In this document: positions 15,601 to 27,379 of the stretch, in pieces | How positions within the stretch are numbered: position 1 is the stretch's first letter | How the letters are laid out: each line of letters starts with the position of its first letter | Source of the DNA: Okamejei kenojei | Lineage: Eukaryota | DNA: 64,000 nucleotides | Direction of reading: 5' to 3' | Assembly: GCA_035221665.1 (NCBI GenBank) | Contig: CM069163.1 | Location: 15,376,001 to 15,440,000 of the forward strand | Notes under the pieces: model-generated | The model's database searches: none | Seen by the model: the letters and a program-made list of their open reading frames with translations, nothing else | Told to the model about the DNA's origin: nothing | Made by a program: the position numbers and the translations under genes

Positions 15601-18099
15601 CTCCCCTCCCTTTTTCCACCATCTTCCTCTAGTAAAGGTCCGGTCTTCTGTGCCGGCCTGATTTGTGGATGGCGGAGTAGACATGATGGGCTGAATGGCC
15701 TAATTCTATTTATGATTCTATCTCACCCGGTTTCAAAATTTCACTTGCCAGGCTTGGTCATCTTCCTGTCATTAATCCAGCTTTCTCTACACTACAATAT
15801 AAATTGCCACAATCCAAAACCGTGTCTTCCAGAAATGCTGCCCAACTTGAGTACTTTTTTGGTTAAACCAACATTTGGAGTTCCCAGTCCTGGAGGAATT
15901 GAAGGTGAATTGGGATAAAAAATATAAAGGAGATTTACGAGGCAACGTTTTTTTTTAGTGGTAGATGCCTGGAAAACACTGGCAGGGAAGGTGGTGGAAG
16001 CATAGTGACGTTTAAGAGGCATTTGGACATGCAGGTGAAGAGGTGGTGAATCAAGAGTTATAAACAAGCAATGGGATTTGTTTAAGGTGAGGGGGGGAAA
16101 AATGTAATAGGAACCTGAGAGGTATCTTTTTTACGCAAACTGATGTGTGTGTGTATGGAGTGAGCTGCCGGAATAGTAATTGAGGTAGGTACAGTCGCAA
16201 CATTTAAACATTTTGACTGGTACATGGATAGGAGAGATGTATGGGTCCATGGTCGAAACACAGGCAGGTACATCTAGTGTAGATGGGGCATGTTGGGTAT
16301 GTTTCCATGCTGCATGGCCTGTAATGGGCAACTTTGAGTATATTCGTTTTTTACTGATGAGGTTGCAGACCACGGGAGCCAGAAATCTTGGCACCAGGAG
16401 CAGGTACGAAGAACTGGCCCACTGAAGAATGCAAAATTGCTGCAATGTTATAAGCGAGGTAGAGAATTATATTTGTGTTTACCTTAAGTTGGCAGATAAT
16501 TTAATCAGTGCTTTCTGATCCAGTTAACAGACTTGCCTGCTTCCCATTTTAGAGATTTTGTTAACCCTCTGACAACTGGAAATATATATATTTAATATGT
16601 GGCATTGTTTTTCACACCCACAATTCCAGTTGGGCATAATTTCTGCTATTCCTGGTGCTATTCTAGTTTTCTTCAGTGCAATCCTGTTTCGAACCAAGAA
16701 ATTTAAAAATGGAAAAGATAGAACAAAACGGCCTTCTCACTTAAATTTTGTGCAGCATTATTTTTGGTGCACAATTAATCGGTGTTGGTGGCAAAATAAT
16801 AAAATTTGGCATTCATCTTCATACTGGGATGCTGCTACACTCTTAATGATGAAATGGTCCAGGATGACTTAGTGGTGGGTACACACAAGGCTGGAGAAAC
16901 TCGGGGGTGCAGCAGCATCTAAGGAGCGAAGGAGATGGGCGACGTTTTGGGTCGAGACCCTTCTTCAGACCCCTTCAGCCCCATTCTGTGCTAAAGTAAA
17001 TAAAATGTTACTGTTGTGTCTGACTGCATTCTAAAGATGGAAATTTATTTTATTCCTGGTGGCTGGGTTCCTGCTACAATACCAGCCCAAGTGTCTGAGC
17101 AACTAAATCTATATTTGCTGGGTCTGATTATGTAGCCTTAATAGAAGTCGCAATGATTAGATTAAATTAATAAATTGATGGGTCTGCGTTAAATCGCTGC
17201 CCTCTATTGTAAACGTATAATACTCGATGCCAGGAGCTGGCCTGCTAATTACTAGGTAGTTATTATAGAATGATTAAGGTTTCACAGAAGCCTTTGTAAG
17301 GTCTCAGTAGGGTTGAACACAAGGGTACAATAGCATCAGTGAGTCAATATGAGCAATACAATTGTTTAAAAATAATACGGTGTTGTAGACGCTGGAAATC
17401 TGCAAAGTCCCAAATTGAAACATCTGTTTAGTCCCCAGAGCTGATTCACCTCCTGGATGTTTACAGCACTTCCATATTCTTCCATTATGCCTTTTTTTTT
17501 TAAAGTAATTTGCCATGTATCAGCTTTCTCTTGCAAATTAAAACAAACACTGCTGGAGATACTCATGTGGTAACATATCATTACAGTCACTGAGACAGTC
17601 ATAAGAGGGCCAGGTCTGGTACCTCAACATTCATGTCTGAAGCCTCTCTTACAGTGAGGACAAGGACATTTGGAAGGACTCTGAGGAAGAATTGTTTTGC
17701 CCAGAAGGTAGTTGGATGCTAAAACATACTGCCTGAGAAGGTACTCATAACATTTATGCATCTGGGTGAGGACTTGAATAGCCAAGCCGAAGTAGATTAC
17801 AGACCATATCTAGTAAAAGGGATTTGTGTAGATTGGAGCTTGATGGTCAACATGGACTTGAAGGCTGAAGGGCTTGTTTCTGTGCTGTCAGGCCCCATAC
17901 AATTCTGCCAGCATCTGTGCATAGCAAAATAAACGCTGTTTCAAGTAATGATCTTTTAACTCCCAAGTTATCCCTCAGGAGAATGAGGTCTCTTGAACAA
18001 AGGTGGTCACCAGTTGGAATATGGCAAAGTAGACGGGTATTCAACCACAAATGGCTGGTGGAGAGCCCTATAGTGATGAAGGCTCTGGTCTCTCACTGC

Positions 18100-19445
18100 T
18101 GACCAGGGGTGTACGGACCAACTGGCTAGAGTTTTTATGGACATTTTCAACCTCGTCTGAGGTTCCCACCTGCTTTAAAAGGGCATCAATAATACTGCTG
18201 CCCAAGAAGAGCAAGGTGACGTGCCTCAATGACTATCGACCAGTGGCACTAATGTCTGTGGTGATGAAGTGCTTTGAGAGGTTGATTATGGTGCATATCA
18301 ACTCCTACCTCGACAAGATCCTTGACCCACTGCAGTTCGCTTACTGCCATAACCAATCAACGGTGGATGCGATCTCACTGGCTCTCTCCTCTGCTCTGGA
18401 CCACTTGGACAACAAAAACTCATATGTCAGGCTGTTCATTGACTGCAGCTCGGCATTTAATACAATCATCCCCCTCCAAGCTGGTTACTAAGCTATCATC
18501 CCTCTGCCATTGGAGCCTTGACTTCCTCATCCACAGACCACAGTCTGTCTGTATTGGTGGAAATGTGTCATCCTCTATAACAATCAGCAAGGGAGCACTT
18601 CAAGGCTGCGTGCTCAGCCTCCATCAAGTTCGGCGACGACCACACTGTTGTGGGACGAGTCAGAGTATAGAAGTGAGATTGACCGATTGACCAAATGGTG
18701 CCAGCACCATTTATGCATCTGGGTGATGCATAAATGCACCTGGCTCTCAACACCAGCAAAACCAAGGAACTGATTGTGGACTTTGGAAAGTGTAGGATAG
18801 GGACCCACAATCCTGTTTATATCAATGGGACTATGGTGGAAAGGGTTCAGAACTTCAAATTCCTATGTGTGCACATTTCCGAAGATCTTTCCCGGTCCCA
18901 GCATACTGATGCAATTATAAACAAAGCGCCTCTACTTCCTGAGTAGACTACGGAGAGTTGGTATGTCAAAGAGGACTCTCGAGCTTCTACAGGTGCACAG
19001 TAGAGAGCATGCTGACTGGTTGCATTGTGGCTTGGTTCGGCAACTTGAGAGTCCAGGAGCGGAAAAGGATTCGGAAAGTTGTAACCGCTGCCCAGTCCAT
19101 CATGGTGACCTCCCCACCATCGAAGGGATCTATCACAGTCACTGCATCAAAAAGGCAGCCAACATAATCGAGGACCCACACCATCCTGGCCACGTACTCA
19201 CCTCTCCGCTACCATCGGGCAGAAGGTACAGGAGCCTGAAATCTGTTACATCCAGGTTCACAAGCAGCTTCTTCCCCACAGCCATCAGGCTATTAATCTC
19301 ACCAACAAACAGACTCTGAACTGTAACAGCCTATTGCACTTTATCTGCTTATTTATATTGAACTGAACTGTTCTGCATTTTTGCTTGCAGCAAGCAAGAA
19401 TTTCATTGTCCTATTTAGGACACATGACAAACTCTTTTGACTTGA
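18100..19445 (+). mobile_element. Rex1/Babar-type LINE, 5'-truncated, frameshifted reverse transcriptase
   Basis: [85 protein letters not shown]. Confidence 0.9.
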
Positions 19446-21633
19446 CCTTGGCCAAGCCATCCAAAATGGCAATCTAATTAATCACATCTGTGTGCACATA
19501 GTCCTTATCGTCTATTCCCTGCCTGCTTGTGTCTGTCTTGTGCTTTTGTTCCACTTAAAAGTTGATATTGCATCTGCTTCTACCATCTACCCCGGCCGCA
19601 CGTTCCAGGTACCTCCATTTTCTGGATGAAATCCTGATCTTACAAATCTTGCCTTAAACCTGTTCTATTATGTTTGATATTTCCAACCTGGGATAAAGAC
19701 TGGTTAGGCCAAGGCTGGAATTCTGTGTCATCCCGTTGTTGGTGAGCATGCAGAGAAAAGGCATTTTACAGAGTCATCCAAACATGCCCAGTCTTGTGCC
19801 TGCATAGATATAGAAGGGATTTGAGGAAGAATTTTTGTCGCCCAGAAGGTTTTTGGAATCTCGAACACACGGCGTTGGTGGGTGGTAGCGGAATAGACCG
19901 GCCCACTGACCGCCCATTTACACAATTCTACATTAATTTATTTATATTCTCTCATCTCTGCATCTGCAAGGTTCTACATCTTGCCTACAGACTGGAACAA
20001 TTAACCGGCGTGTTGGGGTGTGGGTGAAAACCCAGGTCAGCGTTAAACCCCATCACTGGAGCTGTGCGGTAGAGTACGAGCTGTGGCACTGTGTTGCTGA
20101 CTGCAGTTAGGTGGCTACGATCAAGTGCTTAAAAATGGGAGCAGTATAGATGCTTGTGGTGGGCTGAAGAGCCTGTTTCCACATGACTATGACACACTGG
20201 AACCTCTGCATCCTCCTCCCAGCTTAGTCGGAGAGTCCACGCTGGAGAAGTGGAGGTTTTGCGTTGCTCTTTCACTCCACCTGGTGGCTGAGAATAAGGG
20301 TTCCCTCATTCCATGTACTAGATGAAATCCCACCATCCGGAGGATGCTTGACAAAGGAAATACGTGCAAAGCTTGACAGAAAATATTGAAATCATTCAAT
20401 CATTCAAGAAATCACTTCTTAAGACTGACAACTATCTTATGGTAGGAAACAGGATTTCCTAAGAATGAAATTCAGCCAATATCTTAATTCAATACATATG
20501 ACTGCTTTGAGATTTAATATGCACTCTCATAGTTTAATCCACAGTGCATGTGTCATTTTATCTGTCTGGTTCCAAAGAATAATGAAGTTTGCTTCACTGT
20601 GTCTGCTGAAAATATTAACTTGATTAAAACATCTTTATTATTTTAAGACATTAAAATGTTTATATTGCCAAATATGGCTGCAAAATCATATGGTAAAGGG
20701 ATTGTTCTATTTAGTACTCTTCCCCCATGATTAAGAACATAGTAGATGGAACAGTACAGCACAGAACAGGCCATTCGGCCCACAGTGTCTTTGCCGAACA
20801 TGATGCCAAGACCATCTCTTAACTACATGCACATAATCCATATACCTCTATTCCCTGCATATCCACAAGCCTATCCAAAAATCTCTTAAATGCTGCCATC
20901 CTATCTGCCTCAACTACTAAGCCCAGCAGCACGTTGGACGTATTCACCACCAAAGATCCTATAGCGGTGCTATAGGATCTTTGCTCACCTCCCTGTGTGT
21001 AAAAAAAAAAAAAAAAACAGGTTGACCTACGCGGTAATCTCTGGAGGACATGGATAGGTGATTTTCAGGCCAGGACGCTTCCTCAAGCAGGTTTGAAAAA
21101 GACTGAAGAGTGGTCCCACCCAAAATATCACATACCCATGTCCTCAAGTTACTGCCTGTCCCACTGAGGTACTCCAGCATTTGATGTTCTGCACCAGATT
21201 TCAGCATCTGCAGTTCCTTGTGACTCCAGTAGATTCAGAAGATAGGATGAGAGAATTATGCAGAAGTGGATCTAAATATTACACTGGAACGAAGAAAGAA
21301 ATTGAAAAGAGATTAGGATAGCAGGTTTTCTGCGTGATAATCAACAATTTGTCTGCTTTGTTAAGAATGCTAAATAGGATGAAAGAAATTCTACTCCTAT
21401 CACTTATGATCCTATGAGAACAAAATTTTGTTATCACTGTTAACTGTGATAATCTTAGATTTTTTTATAGTTTGCTGATGAGATGCTTAGAGCTGACAGC
21501 AGTTAGAAACTTTATTAGTTTTCAACTGCAGTTAACTATTAATGTAATGTCTGTTTGCTATTTAGAAAGTCTGCCTACAAAGTCTAACCAGAATAATAGT
21601 GGCCAGATGATGAAGACAAGGGAATATAAGTAA

Positions 21634-22117
21634 TTATTACCCATATCACACATCTGAGGTATGCTTTTACAAAATTGTATTCCCTTCGTTTTTACTGCCA
21701 GCAGGGGTAACAGGGGAATATTTTCTTGTATTCCCCTTTCTTGCGAACGCCTATGGACTTTACCTGTTAAAACAGCGGGGAATATAGTCTTATATTCCCC
21801 TGGTCTCACATCCGGGAACTTGGCAACGTGACGCTGCGTGGGAAATTTAGAATATTCAAACGGCAGACAGGAAGACTGCCGCGTTCATTTTGGTTAAATT
21901 TTACGTGGAAGTCCGCCGAGCTGAGATGTTCAGATTTTCCTCTAGATGTCTGATATGGGTAATAATAACAATATTGACTGTCCTCTTTCGGGGGATACGA
22001 CATATATTGCCCTCACTAGATCCATATTGCCCTCGTCTTCGACTCGGGCAATATGAATCTACTTCAGGCAATATATGTCGTATCCCCCTCAAGGCCAGTC
22101 AATATTCTATTATTATT
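21634..22117 (-). mobile_element. Unclassified non-autonomous element: 22-bp inverted repeat, internal mini-hairpins and a ~155-nt terminal palindrome
   Basis: IR 21634-21655 vs 21944-21965 (21/22 match); hairpins at 21712-21737 and 21777-21800; long palindrome 21960-22117. Mobile-element status is inferred from the architecture only. Confidence 0.5.
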
Positions 22118-22334
22118 CACAAATTTGGAGATCAGTGGGTCAGATTTGGAGGTCAATGGAGGAAGAATGATGCAGGTGGGTCTAATAATACACTGGAACG
22201 AAGAGAGAAATTGAAGAGATTAGGACAGAAGGTTTTCTACGTGGTAACCTTAAGGTAATCAGCGATTTGTCTCCTTTATTTGTAATGCTAAATAGCAGGA
22301 TGAAATAAATTGTGGTGAACCATGACTACCATGT

Positions 22335-22745
22335 TTAAGAAGGAACTGCAGATGCTGGAAAATCAAAGGTAGACGAAAATGCTGGAGAAACTCAGCGGGT
22401 TTGGCTGAAGAAGCGTCTCGACGCGAAACTACGCCTATTTCCTTTACTCCATAGATGCTGCCTCACCCGCCTTATCTCCTCCCCAAAATCCACAAACAGG
22501 ACTGCCTTGGCAGACCCATTGTTTCTGCCTGCTCCTACCCCACTGATCTCCATGTTTCTTGATTCCATCCTACCTTCTTCGTCCATTTCCTTAAAAAAAA
22601 ACCCTCATCCCTGCAATCAGTCTAAAGATGGGTTCCGACCAGAAACGTTACCAATCCATGCTCTTCAGGACACTGCTTGACTCACTAAGTTACTCTAGCA
22701 TTTTTAATCTATATTTGGTATAAACTAGCATCTGCAGTTCTTTGT
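22335..22745. mobile_element. Penelope pLTR cluster with inverted 5' repeat and a short RT remnant
   Basis: aaggaactgcagatgctgg at the left is inverted relative to agcatctgcagttc at the right; the middle has an LLPKIHKQDCLGRPIVSACS-like Penelope RT remnant (22475-22540). Confidence 0.7.
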
Positions 22746-23269
22746 TTCTTCATCTCATGCCATGTCCTGCTATGTTTGTTTTGTCTTCTCGAACATAAAA
22801 TAAATGTTAAATCAAATATCCAGTTTTAACTTAAAACTCACTCCAGTCCTTGGTGTTTTGTAAACCATCAACTGCAGTTCCTTGTATCTAAATCTAGTTC
22901 CACTTGTTAACTGGAACGAAGGCATGAGAATGTGGTTGAGAGGGAAAGATAGCTCAGCCATAATGTCTGAGTACACTTGAGGGGCTAAATGGCCTTATTC
23001 TGCTCCGAGAACTTATGAACATGTATTTCCGCTCACTGGTTAGCACGTAACGAAACTCCACCATACTTCAGTAACAATAACCTTAACCGATGAACCAGTC
23101 AATGTGTAATAAAGGTGCCTCATATAGTACAGCATAACAAAATGATATCCATTCAATGTGCTATACAAAAACATACTGAAAGAAACACTTCTCTCTCCAC
23201 TGACGCGGAGTGTTTCCAATTTTCTGGGTTTATTTTAGATTTCTAGCATCCAACATTGAAGCCAGGTGT

Positions 23270-23850
23270 ACGTCCGACTTGCACCACGTGGACAGCGTGA
23301 CGTGGTCAGCGCCGCGGAATATTGTGACACGACGCCGACGCAGGACCACCGCGTCCGACCAATAGGAAGAGACGTAGTGTGGAGAGGGCGGGCCCTTTGA
23401 CGTGATTGACGTGACCTGGGCCAATGGAGGTGCAGGAGACTGTTTGACGTCCAATAGGGGAGGCCCTATCGCTTACACCTGTCAGGCAGAATGCGGGAGA
23501 TCGTGCATATTCAGGCCGGCCAGTGCGGGAACCAGATCGGGGGCAAGGTGTGTAGTGTCGCGGCGAGGCGAGGAGCGGAGATCCGGCCTTTGTCATCACA
23601 GAGGCCTGAAAAATCGAGTCTTGCGGCAGATGTCGAACTCAAAGGAAAGCGCGAACTGGCGGGGAGCCGCTGGATGGGCGCGGGTTGCCGACCGTTAGTC
23701 GGAGGGTCACAAAATGGCCGCTTCGCCTCGCCTCGCCTCCCGGTTTTGCGCGGGCTTGGCTGGCGCATGCGCGGCGTGGTTGACAGACGTGTCGACGGGC
23801 AGCGGCCGTCGCTGCACCTGAGGGTCGGCTCCTTCTTGCTTTAAATGGGC
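23270..23850 (+). promoter_or_regulatory. CpG-island, TATA-less promoter of beta-tubulin gene 2 with four TGACGT sites, three CCAAT boxes and an E-box
   Basis: TGACGT at 23298, 23398, 23407, 23445; CCAAT at 23359, 23421, 23451; CACGTG at 23285; GGGCGG near 23386. Confidence 0.75.
23491..23547 (+). CDS. Beta-tubulin gene 2 exon 1 (MREIVHIQAGQCGNQIGGK)
   Basis: ATG at 23491, 57 nt, GT donor at 23548. Confidence 0.95.
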
Positions 23851-24107
23851 CCTGAAACCCCAATCGACCTGCAGTTCCTATGTGGTGGAAAGAACTGCAG
23901 ATGCGGGTTTAAATCGGAGGCAGACACAAAATGTAACAAAATGAAGTAACTCAGCGGGTCAGGCAGCATATCTGGAGAGAAGAACCAGGTGACAAATGTC
24001 AGCCATTCCTTCAATCTGGAGATTCAATCTCGGTTTAAACCAGCATCTTCAGTTCCTTCTTACACAACTCAGTTTCTTACGTCCTGTGCAAGAAATGTAA
24101 TCACTTC

Positions 24108-25647
24108 CTAGCAATGTTACAACATTTTGAGATTTAAAAAATCAAGTCTGCAATTTATCCCAACAGATAAAGCATAAAAGTAGTTTAATTTGACACCCAA
24201 TTCACTTTCATATCTTCAGTATTAAAAAAGCTATGGCCATTTTCATACTCTGAAATTAACATCTTGTTCCCTATTACTCTTCCATTGACAACTCAAAAGC
24301 TGTGATCGAGGACAGTCAAAAGCCCATAACTTTCTTAAAAATTAAGAGAACGGAATAAAATTTTCAGTTATTATAGATTTAAGCATTCTGAAACAATCTT
24401 ACTTGGATGACCTGAAATTAAAGCATATAATTAGTTAGTTACCTATTTGTAGCTAATTACAAAACTAAATTACTAGTTCTAAACATCTATCAATTTCTTA
24501 AGAAAAGGTTAACATTTTTAAATAGCCAAAGTGCCCAAATAACATTCATACAAGATTTAAAGACAAGTATGCAGAGACTAAAGGTTGCATATAACGATGC
24601 CATGAGAACACTGCTAAGGCAACCAAGATGGTGTAGTGCCAGTAATATGTGGCTGCAGGAGTCAGTACTCTAGAAGCTATCCTAAGACAACACATGTATA
24701 AATTCATTTGCAGGATAATTGACTCTAAAAATGAGCTTATTGTGGCCTTGACAAACATAAGGGTTAGCACTACACGCTACGAATCCCAGTTGTGGAGACA
24801 CTGGTATCGTTGTCTCGTTGTACGACATTGATCATTTTTTACTCTGGATTTTTAACTTAAGTATTGTGGGGTTTTTTTGGGGTTTTTTAAATATATAAAT
24901 TATGATGTTTTTATGTGATTTACCATGATTTTATATGTATTTATGATATTTGAGATGCAATGCATTTTTTAATGTAATGTTGCCCCTTGTCTGGACCTTG
25001 AGACCGTAATAAAGTTATTATTATTATTATTATTATTATTATACAAGATTCACAATATAACATGATTTTTCAATCTCATTGTCATGAATTTATAGGCCAA
25101 ATGGAAGGAATTTAGTGACTAATTCCCGTAAATTAATGGCATTTAAATCATCTTGCGAGTGGGATTTTGTGCAATGCGATCGATTGGAACGTTGCATTTG
25201 CGGTGAATTTAAACCCCGTAACGGCAGGGAAAACACTGCCGGTTCGTATATTTACATTGGCACATTCTCGCTGATGAAATTTTGATTAAAGTAATCCTAT
25301 GAAGCAAGTTTATATGTTATATACACGACTTACCTTATGTTTTGTCCCATACGTGAGATCCGTCCCGTTGTCGGCGTTGCCGGCGTTAGAAGTAGATTTT
25401 TATTTTACTCCAGCAATTAAATTGTCCCGCGGTTTTTTTTTAAACTTCCGAGAACGGCAGTCAGAACCATTCTTCAGCATCAGGTAGTAGCCCGAGAAAA
25501 TAATTCTCGGACAGGCAGGAGAAAACGGCATTTTAATCCCGCCCCCCCCCCCCCCCCCCCCCCCCCCCCTCAAAGGTGCAAAAATCGCGCACACGGCCAG
25601 CGACAGAACTGCAGCGCTGCTGAAGGTAAGTTTTGTAACATACCTAG
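24108..25647. mobile_element. Non-autonomous DNA transposon with imperfect TIRs, containing a nested LINE tail
   Basis: Left end CTAGCAATGTTACAA; right end TTGTAACATACCTAG (reverse complement CTAGGTATGTTACAA). Superfamily not determined. Confidence 0.6.
24558..25040 (+). mobile_element. 5'-truncated LINE 3' end (RTE-X-like) with (TTA)n tail and 10-bp TSD
   Basis: C-terminal peptide LRQHMYKFICRIIDSKNELIVALTN..SQLWRHWYRCL; AATAAA followed by (TTA)n; ATACAAGATT duplicated at 24548-24557 and 25041-25050. Confidence 0.75.
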
Positions 25648-25859
25648 AAACAGGTGACAAATGTCAGCCATTCATTCAACCTGGAGGATCAATCTCGGTT
25701 TAAACCAGCATCTTCAGTTACTTCTTACACAACTCAGTTTCTTACGTCCTGTCCACGAATTGTAAACCCTTACAGGGGAAAACAATCACCACCGGAAAAG
25801 AGACGGTGGTCGCTTCCTGTCGACGTCTGTTTCAGCGAAAACCAACATAATCAAGGAAA

Positions 25860-26350
25860 GTCGCACCCGACCACTCCCTTTTCTGCCCTCTCCCGTTGGG
25901 CAAAAGATACAGAAGTGTGAAGACGCACACCTCTAGATTCAGGAGCAGTTTCTTTCCAGATGTTATCAGAACCATCCTACCACAATTAGAGAGCAGTCCC
26001 GAGCTACTATCTATCTCATTGGAGACCTTCGAACTATCTTTGATCAGACTTTACTGGCTTTATTTTGCACTAAATGTTATTCACGTTATTCAATGGCCCG
26101 GTTGTAATCATGTGTTATCTTTGCGATGACTGGTTAAGGGCCTGTCCCACTTTCACAACCTTTTTTACTTGTGGACATATTTCGTCATGCTAGAAAAAAC
26201 GTCCCGACCTACTTGATGCCACGAGTACCTATGACTAGCATCACGGCCTGCTACGACCATGCTGCGAGTATGAGTTAAGGGCAAACTCGCCCTTAAGCAC
26301 ACAACAAATGCTTTTCACTACCTCAATACATGTGACAATAAACTAAACTG
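25860..26350 (+). mobile_element. Rex1/Babar-type 3' tail interrupted by a truncated PIF/Harbinger-like MITE (~26137-26293)
   Basis: GKRYRSVKTHTSRFRSSFFP remnant; insertion AGGGCCTGTCCCAC...GCCCT flanked by TTA/TAA splits the conserved tail gactggtta|gcac. Confidence 0.6.
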
Positions 26351-26699
26351 AGCCACAGCCAGCAACCGTTTCCCACCATCTTCCGACGGGATTACTGAGA
26401 CGCAGGTTCATAAAGCCTCTACACCAGCCTTTACTGCACCAGCTGCACACACTTTTTCAGTGGGCATTCTGCACCTGCCTGATCCTCATTCTTAATCTCA
26501 TATATTCCTACTCTCTCCCCATTTCCTTGATGCCTTTGGTTCTAAAATACATCCAAAAATGTATCTGAGTGAAACAGCACAAAATAGCACTCACATCCAT
26601 GCCACCAATTGCATTGGTCCCCTTTCCCTCTGGTCCCCCTCTCCGGCACACATACTCTCATTTGGTATGTAGCCCTCTATATGTTCTACGCAGACAGGT

Positions 26700-27379
26700 T
26701 GATGAGCCCTCTAGAATTGTGTGCACTTCAATGAGATTCCTCTGTGCTGCGCAGATCGATTGCCTTTCCTGCCATTCAGCGCTGCGCGGATTGATCCCTT
26801 CTACTGTCACTCCGCGGGGCGGTCCGCACCTTCCTGCGCCATTACGTCTTTACTGCAACTGCGGGAGGCTCTGGGTGGCCGGCGGACACAATTTTCAGAG
26901 GGAGGGACCGGCTCGGAGTCGGAGATGTCACCAAACGGAAAGCGGAGACTCTGAGGGAGGGGAGAGGGGTTATGGAGGGAGGGAGTGACTGAGGGTATGG
27001 GAAAGGAGAGGGGTGGCGTGGAGGAGGGGGGAGAAGAGGAGGAGGAGGGAGTGTATGTGCCGTGCCCGTGCAGTTGGGGGCTCTGGATGAGTGGTGGAAT
27101 ATTGCGTTGGGGGAACGGGATAGTGGTGCATTGGGGGAATGGGTCGGGGGGTGGGGAGGAGGGAGGGAGGGAGTGATTGAGGGTGGGGGAGGGAGTGTTA
27201 AAAGATGAGGGAAAATGAGCCGCACCTGCGCAGTTTGGGGCTATGAGTGGTGTAATATTGCGTTGGCCAAACTGGTTGCGTTGGGGGAACGGGTGAGTGG
27301 TGGAAACGGATTGCGTTGGAACGGGTGAGTGGTGCAACATTGCGTTGGAATGGGACCCAACGGGTCCCACTTGGTCTAG
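26700..27379 (+). mobile_element. Helitron-like non-autonomous element with an internal G-rich minisatellite
   Basis: 3' hairpin GGGACCC-AAC-GGGTCCC (27352-27368) followed by CTAG|T (27376-27380); repeated ttgcgttgg(ggg)aacggg units. The 5' end is uncertain. Confidence 0.55.
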
